Notes under the pieces: model-generated
The model's input: the letters and a program-made list of their open reading frames with translations, nothing else
Database searches by the model: none
Told to the model about the DNA's origin: nothing
Position numbers and translations under genes: made by a program
Source: Chloroflexota bacterium
GTDB taxonomy: Bacteria > Chloroflexota > Limnocylindria > P2-11E
Assembly: GCA_021787445.1 (NCBI GenBank)
Contig: JAJYLV010000004.1
Span: 17,095 to 81,094, forward strand
Length of the DNA: 64,000 nucleotides
Direction of reading: 5' to 3'
Part shown: positions 34,066 to 42,076 of the stretch, in pieces
How positions within the stretch are numbered: the first letter of the stretch is position 1
How the letters are laid out: each line of letters starts with the position of its first letter

Positions 34066-35912
34066 CAGGACGTCCCCTCGCCGAAGCCGTCGCCCGGCAT
34101 CCGCGGCGACGGGCGGAGCGCGTCGGCGCTCGCGTCCGGATGCACACGGCGCTCGTGCTCGGCCTGCTCGACGTCCACCTCGAGCTCCTCTTCCAGCAGC
34201 TGCCGGCGATACATCTGCGCGTACAGCCCGCCGTGCTCGAGAAGCTGCGCGTGGGTCCCGCGCTCGACGATCCGGCCGTCGTCGAGCACGAGGATCTCGT
34301 CGGCGTCCTTCACCGTCGAGATGCGGTGCGCGACGACGATGCTCGTCCGCTCGCGCATGACGCCGCGCAGCCGCCGCAGGATCTCCGACTCGGTGTACGT
34401 GTCGACGGCCGAGAGCGCGTCGTCGAGGATGAGGATGCGCGGGTCCTTCGCCACGGCGCGCGCGATCGCGGCACGCTGCTTCTGCCCGCCGGACAGCGTG
34501 ACGCCGCGCTCGCCGATCATCGTGTCGTACCGCGCCGGGAAGTCCTCGACGTCCTTGTTCAGCTGCGCGACGTCGGCCGCCCACTCGAGCTTCTCCTCCG
34601 ACAGCTCCTCCTGGGTGCCGAAGCCGACGTTCTCGCGCAGGGGCACGGAGAACAGATACGTCTCCTGCGGGACGTACCCGACGGCATCGCGGAGCACGCG
34701 GAGCGGATAGCGCCGCACGTTCACGCCGTCGATCAGCACCTCGCCCTGCCCCGCGTCGAAGAGGCGCGGTATGAGGTTCACGAGGGTCGTCTTCCCGGAG
34801 CCCGTCGGGCCCACGATCGCGAGCGACCCCCCCGCGGGAACGCTGAAGCTCACGTCCCGCAGGACCGTCGCGCTGCCGTATGCAAAGGTCACGTGGCGGA
34901 GCTCGACGCGACCCCCGATCGCGGCCGTCGCCGCGTCCGCCGGGTCGGCGATCGCGGGCCGCGCGTCGAACAGCTCCTGCAGGCGCTCGAGCGATGCCCA
35001 CCCCTGCTGGAACATGTTCGTGATCTCGCCGAAGGAGATCATCGGCCACTGCAGGAGGTAGAGGTAGGCCACGAACTGGATCAGCTCGCCCACGGTCAGC
35101 TTCTTGTCGATCGCGTCGACGCCGCCCACGTACAAAGCGGCGAGGACGGCGCAACCCATGATGAAGTTCATCGCCGGCCACACCAGCCCGTTCAGGCGGG
35201 CCAGATCGATCGCGCGCCGCACGTACTCCCCGTTGACCTCGGCGAAGGAGCCGATCTCGGGCTCCTCCTGCGAGTAGGCCTTCACGACGCGGATCCCCGA
35301 GAAGTTCTCCTGGGCCTTCGTCGACATGTCGCCGAACTGCGCCTGCAGCTTCTGGAACCGCTCGTTCACACGTCGGCCGATCGCCCAGAAGCTGACGGAG
35401 GCGATCGGCATCAGGAGCAGGCTCAGGACCGTGAGCTTGACGTTGACCTGCAGCATCGAGGCGATGGAGAGGAGGAGCACCGACGTCGTCGACACGAGCT
35501 GGAGGATCCCGAAGCCGTACATCTGGCGGACGGCGGCGAGGTCGTTCGTGAGCCGGGCCATCAGGTCGCCGATGCGCTGGTGCTGGAAGTAGCCGAGCTC
35601 CATCTCCTCGAGGTGCGAGAGGAGGTCGTTGCGGACCTCGTACTCGGTCCGCCGGGAGGCGTCGATGATCCGATAGCGGCCGAAGCCTCGGGTGAGCGCC
35701 TCCAGCGCCGCGACGCCGACCATCCCGAGCGCGAGGACGGCGATCGCCGACAATGGCGCCCTGCCGTTCACGTCGTCGACGATCGCGCCGATGAACCGCG
35801 GCGGGATCACGGCGAAGAACGACGACGCGACGAGCAGGATCGTCCCAGCGGTGAGGCTCGATCGGTGGCGGCGGAGGTAATGGAGGAACGTCGACCGGGA
35901 GCGTGGGGCCAC
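34065..35912 (-). CDS. ABC transporter ATP-binding/permease protein (type I exporter), first gene of a likely heterodimeric pair
   Basis: 615 aa. TMD plus NBD (GPTGSGKTT, LSGGQKQR, LILDDALS). GTG start. Confidence 0.85.
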   Translation of the reverse strand: MAPRSRSTFLHYLRRHRSSLTAGTILLVASSFFAVIPPRFIGAIVDDVNGRAPLSAIAVLALGMVGVAALEALTRGFGRYRIIDASRRTEYEVRNDLLSHLEEMELGYFQHQRIGDLMARLTNDLAAVRQMYGFGILQLVSTTSVLLLSIASMLQVNVKLTVLSLLLMPIASVSFWAIGRRVNERFQKLQAQFGDMSTKAQENFSGIRVVKAYSQEEPEIGSFAEVNGEYVRRAIDLARLNGLVWPAMNFIMGCAVLAALYVGGVDAIDKKLTVGELIQFVAYLYLLQWPMISFGEITNMFQQGWASLERLQELFDARPAIADPADAATAAIGGRVELRHVTFAYGSATVLRDVSFSVPAGGSLAIVGPTGSGKTTLVNLIPRLFDAGQGEVLIDGVNVRRYPLRVLRDAVGYVPQETYLFSVPLRENVGFGTQEELSEEKLEWAADVAQLNKDVEDFPARYDTMIGERGVTLSGGQKQRAAIARAVAKDPRILILDDALSAVDTYTESEILRRLRGVMRERTSIVVAHRISTVKDADEILVLDDGRIVERGTHAQLLEHGGLYAQMYRRQLLEEELEVDVEQAEHERRVHPDASADALRPSPRMPGDGFGEGTS

Positions 35913-35923
35913 TCGCGCTCAGT

Positions 35924-37258
35924 CTATCGGGATGCTCCTGTATCGCGCGATACGTTCGCGAGGCCGCGATCGATCAGAGCCGTGTGTCGCACGCGTCGAC
36001 CACCCATCCAGACGGCGATCACGAGCGCCGCCGCGCCGACGAACACCGGAGCGATCCCCCACAGGTCGGCGACGGGACCGACGAGGAGCAGCGGCAGCAG
36101 GCTGAACACCGACACGAGCATGTTGAGCACGCCGAACACGCGTCCGCGGATGACCTCGGGGAGCTCCTCCTGGATGTACGTCATCGAGGGAACGGTCACG
36201 AAGGCGTACGCGACACCGAAGACGAATGCCGTGAGGGTGACGACGCCGATGAAGTACGGCAGTCCCTCCAGACCTCCGCCCTTCGCGGCGCGTCCGGCGA
36301 TCGCGGCGACCGGTCGCGCCGCGGCGAGGACGATGAGGGCGGCGACCGTGGTCCCGAGCCCCAGACCGACGACGCGACCGTGGCCCACGCGCGGGGTCAC
36401 GAGGTTCAAAGCACCGAGGCCGGCGACGACCCCGATGCCCGCGGGCGCCACCAGCAGGGCGAAGGACCGCTCGGGCAACAGGAGCACTTCGCGCACGTAC
36501 CCCGGCGCGAGCGCCCCGGCCATGGCGACGAGCGTGTACATCACGGCGATGTAGATGAGCGACCACGCGATGGCGCGCCGCGTGGCGAGGAATCCGAGCG
36601 CTTCTCCGATGTCGCGGCGCCCGCGTTCGATCGCCTGCCCCGCGACGTCGACGCCCAGCCGCTCCACCAGCGGTCCGCTGGGCGGGAGGGTGGCGCACAG
36701 CGCGGCGGCCGCCGCGAACATGACGATGATGGCGGCGAACAACGCCGTGTAGCCGGCGAACGCGACGACGAGCGGTGCCAGGATGATGAAGCCGAGCAGG
36801 AACGCGCCGTTGAACGTGAACGTGAAGAGCGAGTTCGCGGTGAGCAGGTCGCGCTTCCGGACGATCGCCGGCAGCGTCGCTGCCTCGGCCGGCACGAAGA
36901 ACACCGTCACCGAAGCCACGAGGAAGTTGACCGCGTAGGCGGTCACGAGGTTCCGTTCGAAGAGCAGCGTCAGCGTCACGGCCAGCGCGCGTAGCGCGTT
37001 CGTGACGACCATCACGAGCCGCTTGTCGGTGCGGTCGACGAAGAGGCCGGCGAGGATGCCGAAGAGGACCGGCGGGATGACCGCGAAGAGGATGAGCAAA
37101 GAGGACGAGGTGTTGGACTTCGTGACCTCCGCGACGAGCGCGATGAGCGCCGACGTGAGGGCGTTCGCGGCGGTCATCGACAGGATCTGCGCCGACCACA
37201 CCGCGAGGAACGCGCGGTTGCGCAGGAGCCCCTGCTGAGCCGCGGTCTCGATCTCCAT
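35924..37258 (-). CDS. MFS transporter
   Basis: 444 aa with 12 predicted TM helices and MFS-type loops. ATG at 37258. The 51-aa upstream extension in the track is discounted. Confidence 0.75.
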   Translation of the reverse strand: MEIETAAQQGLLRNRAFLAVWSAQILSMTAANALTSALIALVAEVTKSNTSSSLLILFAVIPPVLFGILAGLFVDRTDKRLVMVVTNALRALAVTLTLLFERNLVTAYAVNFLVASVTVFFVPAEAATLPAIVRKRDLLTANSLFTFTFNGAFLLGFIILAPLVVAFAGYTALFAAIIVMFAAAAALCATLPPSGPLVERLGVDVAGQAIERGRRDIGEALGFLATRRAIAWSLIYIAVMYTLVAMAGALAPGYVREVLLLPERSFALLVAPAGIGVVAGLGALNLVTPRVGHGRVVGLGLGTTVAALIVLAAARPVAAIAGRAAKGGGLEGLPYFIGVVTLTAFVFGVAYAFVTVPSMTYIQEELPEVIRGRVFGVLNMLVSVFSLLPLLLVGPVADLWGIAPVFVGAAALVIAVWMGGRRVRHTALIDRGLANVSRDTGASR

Positions 37259-37260
37259 TT

Positions 37261-37473
37261 TCAGTCCGTCGGCGCCAGCGGTCTCTCCACGAACCGCTTG
37301 ATGTCGCGCTCCACGGCGCTGCGGCGCACCAGCACGCGGTGCCCGCACGTCAGACAGCGAAGCCCGATGTCCGCGCCGAGGCGCACGATACGCCACGTAT
37401 CTCCGCCGCACGGATGCCGCTTCCGCAGGGCGACGACGTCATCCATATACAGCGCTATGGGCGGCCCAGGCAT
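37261..37473 (-). CDS. small zinc-ribbon protein, DUF951-like
   Basis: RKRHPCGGDTWRIVRLGADIGLRCLTCGHRVLVRRSAVERDIKRF matches the DUF951 pattern (HPCG..W.I.R.GADI..C..CGH.V). The start may be the internal Met (MDDVV). Confidence 0.6.
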   Translation of the reverse strand: MPGPPIALYMDDVVALRKRHPCGGDTWRIVRLGADIGLRCLTCGHRVLVRRSAVERDIKRFVERPLAPTD

Positions 37474-37485
37474 GCGCGGCGGAGT

Positions 37486-38136
37486 CTATTGGCCCGCGAG
37501 CGCAGGCAGATCCAGTGAGTCCTCGCGCGTCACCGTGAATCGAGTGTGCGCGTAGATCAGCTGGAACTGGCCCATGATGCCGCCCGTGCGCGTCATCGCC
37601 ACGTACAGCACGTCGGGCGCGCCGATCGAGCGCACCGTCCACGGTCCGGGAACGACCGCACCGTCCACCACGACCTCTCCGTTCGGCCCCCGCCCGAACC
37701 ACGTCCGCGGGCCGACGCGCGCGCCGTTGACGGCGATCGCCTCGGCTCCGGCATTGCGCAGCTCGTTGACGAGATCGGAGAGCGCGTGCTCGTCGAACGC
37801 GCCGTCGATCCGTATCGTGATGCCGGGCCCCGCGACGGCGCTCTGTCCCGAGAAGACCTCGAGCTGCTCGAGCTGGCGCTGTGACTCCTCGAGCGTTCCT
37901 TTGCCACCGGCGACCTCGGTCTGCGCACGGTCGACGCGCAGCTGGAGGTCGAAGATCTCCGACCGCAGCTCGCGGTTGCGATCATTGAGGTCGGCGATGA
38001 GGGTCGCCAGCGTCTCCGGCGTCTCCTGCTCAAGGCTTCGCGAGTACACGTCGCGCGATCGGAACTGCGACACCACGAGGGTGCCGAGGAACAACGCGAC
38101 CGCCGCGACCGCGACGGGTCCGAGACGCGACCTCAC
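37486..38136 (-). CDS. DUF881 family protein (YlxW/YlxX-like, cell-envelope/division associated), paralog 2
   Basis: N-terminal TM, coiled-coil and DUF881 core (GPGITIRIDG...NELRNAGAEAIAVNGAR). GTG start overlaps the stop of paralog 1 (GTGA). Confidence 0.75.
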   Translation of the reverse strand: MRSRLGPVAVAAVALFLGTLVVSQFRSRDVYSRSLEQETPETLATLIADLNDRNRELRSEIFDLQLRVDRAQTEVAGGKGTLEESQRQLEQLEVFSGQSAVAGPGITIRIDGAFDEHALSDLVNELRNAGAEAIAVNGARVGPRTWFGRGPNGEVVVDGAVVPGPWTVRSIGAPDVLYVAMTRTGGIMGQFQLIYAHTRFTVTREDSLDLPALAGQ

Positions 38137-38849
38137 CGCGCCACCGCCGAACGGACGATGACCGGACCCTCGTAGCCGTGGAGCGTCACGTCGGGAACGC
38201 GCGCGATCCGCAGGTCCACGATCTGCTGATCGCGTCGCTGCTTCAGATCGGTCAGCTCCGCCGGATCGTTCATGACCGCGAGGATCCCGGAGGGCGGCCC
38301 GACGGCGGTCACGGTGAAGGGAGACGAGACGATGCTCCCGTTCACCACGATCGTTCCGCCGACGCAGTAGACGCTCGACGATGCGACGATCCGCTCGTCG
38401 TCGATCGCGACGGCGCGCGCGCCACCTCTCCAGGCGGCGTTGACGATGTCGGTGAGGTCCGGAGCGAAGCACGGAAGGCGGTCCTGCCCGAGATCGGCCG
38501 CGGCGCGCGTCATGTCGAAGGCAACGACGACCCCCTCGCCCGATACCGCGGTCAGTCCGGCGCGGTCCCGCAGGCCCTCGAGGCGCGTCGTGAGCTCCTG
38601 CACGCTGCCGTTCTCGGCCGCCCCGGTCTGCTGCAACCGGTCGAGCCTGGCGCGCACGTCCGCGAGCTGCGCCTTCAGCGCGGTCTGCTCGTTCTCGAGG
38701 CTCGTCACCGTCGAGCTCAGCGGGTCGATGTAGCGCAGGCTTACGGCCCGCGACGCGGCGACGGTCGCCCACTGCGCCGCCACGAGGAAGCCGAAGACGA
38801 GCGCGGGGACCGCGAGCGCGAGGCCCTTTTGCAGCTTGGTCGCGCCCAT
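38133..38849 (-). CDS. DUF881 family protein, paralog 1
   Basis: N-terminal TM, coiled-coil and DUF881 core (GEGVVVAFD...AAWRGGARAVAIDDERI). Confidence 0.75.
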   Translation of the reverse strand: MGATKLQKGLALAVPALVFGFLVAAQWATVAASRAVSLRYIDPLSSTVTSLENEQTALKAQLADVRARLDRLQQTGAAENGSVQELTTRLEGLRDRAGLTAVSGEGVVVAFDMTRAAADLGQDRLPCFAPDLTDIVNAAWRGGARAVAIDDERIVASSSVYCVGGTIVVNGSIVSSPFTVTAVGPPSGILAVMNDPAELTDLKQRRDQQIVDLRIARVPDVTLHGYEGPVIVRSAVAR

Positions 38850-38880
38850 CAGAATGGAAGTGTCGCTCTCGTGGCTCCGC

Positions 38881-38953
38881 GGGGCTGTAGCTCAGAGGAC
38901 AGAGCAGGTCCGTCCTAAGGACTTGGTCGTGGGTTCGACTCCCACCAGCCCCT
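38881..38953 (+). tRNA. tRNA-Arg (anticodon CCU)
   Basis: Acceptor GGGGCUG/CAGCCCC, D arm GCUC-AGAGGACA-GAGC, anticodon arm GGUCC-GUCCUAA-GGACU, T arm GUGGG-UUCGACU-CCCAC. Discriminator U (atypical). Confidence 0.75.
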
Positions 38954-39015
38954 CCGCCGGACCGGAGATCGCTGGTCGCCGTGCCCTTACGCTGCCCCTT
39001 ACACTGAACCGTCAG

Positions 39016-39088
39016 CGGGGTGTAGCGCAGTTGGTAGCGCGCAGCGTTCGGGACGCTGAGGTCGCCGGATCGTGCCCGGCCACCCCGA
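39016..39088 (+). tRNA. tRNA-Pro (anticodon CGG) with an atypical T-loop (A54/U58 swap)
   Basis: Acceptor CGGGGUG/CACCCCG, D arm GCGC-AGUUGGUA-GCGC, anticodon arm CAGCG-UUCGGGA-CGCUG, T arm GCCGG-AUCGUGC-CCGGC, discriminator A. Confidence 0.65.
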
Positions 39089-39130
39089 CAGTCGTGGCCT
39101 GGCAGGCATCCCTTCAGGTCGTGTCGCCTC

Positions 39131-39778
39131 TTGCGTTTGATAGAACAGGCGTTCTATGGTCGATCCGTGCCCGCAGAGCTTCACGCCACGTACCAGCTCT
39201 GCACCCGCTGCGGCAGCCTCAAGCCCCTTGAAGAGTTCCATCGCCGCGGAGCGGCCCGACAGCACTGGTGCAAGTCATGTCGCAAGGTGTGGGACTCCGC
39301 CTATCACGCACGAACGAAGCCGGTCCGTTTACGCCAGAAGCGCGCGCACAAGCGTCGCTTGCTGGAGTGGATGCGCGATATCAAGACGTCGCGACCATGC
39401 GCCGATTGCGGCGGCCGTTTCCATCCAGCCGCCATGACGTTCGACCATTTGCCTGGCCAGAAGAAGATCGCCGCCATAGCCGAGCTCGTGAAAAGGGGAT
39501 GTACAGGACTCGCGGAGGCGGAGATCCTCAAGTGCGAAGTCGTCTGCGCGAACTGCCATGCCGTCCGCACCTACGAGCGGCGCGAGGCCGAGAGGCGGGC
39601 ACGCGCGATACCGGATCATTCGATCCGTGAGGGACGCGGTCGTTATGCGTCTTGCCCTCTCGATCAGATCGTCGCCGCCGAGACCGACATCACCGGCGGC
39701 AGGTACTGGGCGACGAGCGCCCACGTGCGGCCCTCGTCGGCGCTTCCCCAGACCTCGCCGCCTTCGGTCCCGAAATAG
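39131..39778 (+). CDS. HNH endonuclease family protein (Cys-rich zinc-finger N-terminus plus HNH motif), atypically low GC
   Basis: CTRCG...CKSCRK, CADCGG, FDHLPGQKK...CANCHAVRT (HNH nuclease signature). GC about 60% with low GC3 against about 72% locally. TTG/GTG start. The 3' end overlaps the convergent BNR gene by about 115 nt. Confidence 0.65.
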   Translation: MRLIEQAFYGRSVPAELHATYQLCTRCGSLKPLEEFHRRGAARQHWCKSCRKVWDSAYHARTKPVRLRQKRAHKRRLLEWMRDIKTSRPCADCGGRFHPAAMTFDHLPGQKKIAAIAELVKRGCTGLAEAEILKCEVVCANCHAVRTYERREAERRARAIPDHSIREGRGRYASCPLDQIVAAETDITGGRYWATSAHVRPSSALPQTSPPSVPK

Positions 39779-40824
39779 ATCCCCGCCGGGTCGAGCCGGT
39801 CCACCGCCATCCCTTCGCGGAGCACCTCGGAGCGCGCCCCCTTCGGCAGACCGCGCGCGTGGCGCTTCCACGACCGGCCCGCATCGGTCGTGGCATAGAC
39901 CGCGATGCCGGGGTCCGGCGCGATCCGCGTCTGCCCTTCGAGCGGGATCACGTACGCCGTCTTCGGGTCACGCGGGTGGATCGCCGATGCGAAGCCGAAC
40001 GAATACTTGTCGAACTGCAGGCTCGCCTCGGGGAGCCCGGCGCTCGTCTCGTGCCAGCCCGCTTCTCCATCGTTCAGCCAGTACACCCCGAAATGGTTCT
40101 GCTGGAAGCGCACCCCCGGGGTCGTCGGGTGGGCGACGAGGTGATGCACGCAGAACCCGACCTCGGGCTCCTTCTGCGGATCCATCGGGTTGGCGAGCCC
40201 CTTGTTGCGCGTGGCCCACGTCCTCCCGCCGTCCGCCGACTCGAACACGCCCACCGCGCTGATGCCCACCTGCATCTTCTTGGCATCCGCGGCGTCGATG
40301 GCGATCGAGTGCAGGATCAGGCCGCCGGCGCCGGGGTTCCACTGGTCGTGCGTCGGATGATCGGTGAGCGACGCGACCTCGCTCCACGTCTCGCCGCGGT
40401 CATCGCTGCGGAAGAGCGCCGCCGGCTCGATGCCCGCCCACATGACCTTCGGCTGCGAGGAATGGCCCGGCTCGATGTGCCACGTGCGCTCGAACACGAG
40501 CTCACGCGTCACCTGCTTCGGCATCTGCTCGCCTTCGACCCAGGTGTGGTACGTCGCCACCCTGCCCTTGGCGAACGCGGGGTTCGAGACCACTTTCCAC
40601 GTCTTCCCCTGATCCCGGCTGACGCGGATCTTCGGGCCGCCCCACGTGAGGTTGCACGCCGCGAACATCGACTCGCCGTCGCGTGGATCGAACGCCATGT
40701 GGTGTACGGGCTCACCGGGAAAGAGCGGCCCTTCCGCCGTCCACCGCTTGCGCCCGCCGCCGGCGCGAAAGATATACGCGCCCTTCTTGGTGCCGACGAG
40801 CACCGCGACCTTCTTCGCCGCCAT
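39664..40824 (-). CDS. cytoplasmic BNR/Asp-box repeat beta-propeller protein (sialidase-like fold)
   Basis: Five Asp-box repeats (SRDQGKTW, SDDRGETW, SADGGRTW, TTDAGRSW, SADEGRTW). No signal peptide. ATG overlaps the stop of the upstream MoaD-like gene (ATGA). Confidence 0.75.
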   Translation of the reverse strand: MAAKKVAVLVGTKKGAYIFRAGGGRKRWTAEGPLFPGEPVHHMAFDPRDGESMFAACNLTWGGPKIRVSRDQGKTWKVVSNPAFAKGRVATYHTWVEGEQMPKQVTRELVFERTWHIEPGHSSQPKVMWAGIEPAALFRSDDRGETWSEVASLTDHPTHDQWNPGAGGLILHSIAIDAADAKKMQVGISAVGVFESADGGRTWATRNKGLANPMDPQKEPEVGFCVHHLVAHPTTPGVRFQQNHFGVYWLNDGEAGWHETSAGLPEASLQFDKYSFGFASAIHPRDPKTAYVIPLEGQTRIAPDPGIAVYATTDAGRSWKRHARGLPKGARSEVLREGMAVDRLDPAGIYFGTEGGEVWGSADEGRTWALVAQYLPPVMSVSAATI

Positions 40825-41105
40825 CAGTCCCCTCCCGACATCGCCGGCACGAGGGTGAGGACGTCGCCCTCGCGGAGGGGCGTCTTCTCTCCCTTCAGCC
40901 GGCGGATCTCGTCCTCGTTCCGGAAGACGTTCAGATGCTGACGGATGCGGCCCTGTTCGTCACGGATGCGCTCGCGCAGCCCCGGCAGCTCGCCCGGCAA
41001 CACGTCGAGCGCCTCGCCGACCGTTCGCGCATCGATCGCGACGTGGCGCACGCCGCCCGCCATCTCGCTGAAAGCGCCGTGGAGCCGCACCGTCACGCGC
41101 GCCAT
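40824..41105 (-). CDS. MoaD/ThiS-family beta-grasp (ubiquitin-like) protein ending GlyGly-Asp
   Basis: 93 aa with the MoaD-like pattern and a C-terminus ...LTLVPAMSGGD. Nine nt downstream of the kinase gene. Confidence 0.7.
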   Translation of the reverse strand: MARVTVRLHGAFSEMAGGVRHVAIDARTVGEALDVLPGELPGLRERIRDEQGRIRQHLNVFRNEDEIRRLKGEKTPLREGDVLTLVPAMSGGD

Positions 41106-41114
41106 CGCCGGACG

Positions 41115-42059
41115 CTACTCCGAGCGCGACCCCGTGTCACCCACGACGCCCGCGCCGATGTCGACGAGCGACCGCAGCAGGCGATAGCGCTCGTCGACGG
41201 CCTCCGGCGTCGCTCGGGCGACGCCGTCGACGCTGAAGGTCTCGACGGCGAACGACGCGCTCACCGTTCCGTGCACGACCGCGCGCCGGAGCTCCACGGG
41301 GTCCGTCCGTCCTACTGCGGCGAGGTGACCGACGAATCCTCCGGCGAAAGAGTCCCCCGCACCGGTCGGGTCCTGCACCTTCTCGAGCGGGTACGCCGGC
41401 GACCAGAACACGCCGCCGTCGTGCAGGAAGAGCATCGCGCCGTGCTCGCCGCGCTTGACGACGAGGGCCGTCGGGCCGAGATCGAGGATCTCGCGCGCCG
41501 CGCGGATGATGCTGAACGTCTGGGCGAACTGGCGAGCCTCGCCCTCGTTGATGCACACGACGTCGGCGCGGGACATCACCGTGGCCACCGCGTCGCGCTT
41601 GAATTCCAGCCAGTAGTTCATCGAATCCATGGCGATGAGCTGCGGCCTCCCGACCTGGTCGAGGAGGTCCAGCTGGATGTCCGGATCGATGTTCGCCAGG
41701 AACACGTACGGCACGTCCCGCTTGCCGTCCGGGACGACCGGATGCCAGTCCGCGAAGACGCCGAGGTCCGTGTTGAGCGTCTCGGCCGCGCTCATGTCGT
41801 AGTCGTAGCGCCCGTGCCAGCGGAACGAGCGGCCGGGGCGGCGCTCGATCCCGGCCACGTCGATGCCCTCGGCGCGCAGCCGCTCGATGTCCCCTTCTCG
41901 GAAGTCCTCGCCCACCACGGCGACGACGTGGACCGGCGCGTAGCGGCTGGCCGCGAGCGCGAAGTACGACGCGGCGCCGCCGAGGACGTCGCGGCGCCGA
42001 TCGAACGGCGTCTGGACGTCGTCGTACGCCACGGAGCCGACGACGAGGATCTCCGGCAC
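41115..42059 (-). CDS. PfkB-family carbohydrate/nucleoside kinase (ribokinase-like)
   Basis: PfkB signature 2 DPTGAGDSFAGGF and an N-terminal GG-type motif (VVGSVAYDD). GTG start 18 nt after the CoA-transferase stop. Confidence 0.8.
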   Translation of the reverse strand: MPEILVVGSVAYDDVQTPFDRRRDVLGGAASYFALAASRYAPVHVVAVVGEDFREGDIERLRAEGIDVAGIERRPGRSFRWHGRYDYDMSAAETLNTDLGVFADWHPVVPDGKRDVPYVFLANIDPDIQLDLLDQVGRPQLIAMDSMNYWLEFKRDAVATVMSRADVVCINEGEARQFAQTFSIIRAAREILDLGPTALVVKRGEHGAMLFLHDGGVFWSPAYPLEKVQDPTGAGDSFAGGFVGHLAAVGRTDPVELRRAVVHGTVSASFAVETFSVDGVARATPEAVDERYRLLRSLVDIGAGVVGDTGSRSE

Positions 42060-42076
42060 GCGATGGACGATACGGG

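Noticed and set aside
34140-37199. Long ORFs antisense or frame-shifted relative to the ABC exporter and MFS genes (34140..36554 +, 35919..37199 -, 35903..36994 +)
   Set aside because: Same GC-driven artefact. They overlap well-supported transporter genes and have junk composition.
39156-39437. Alternative 93-aa ORF starting with ATG in another frame over the HNH region
   Set aside because: No motifs and Ser/Ala/Pro-rich, while the overlapping frame carries the zinc-finger and HNH signatures.
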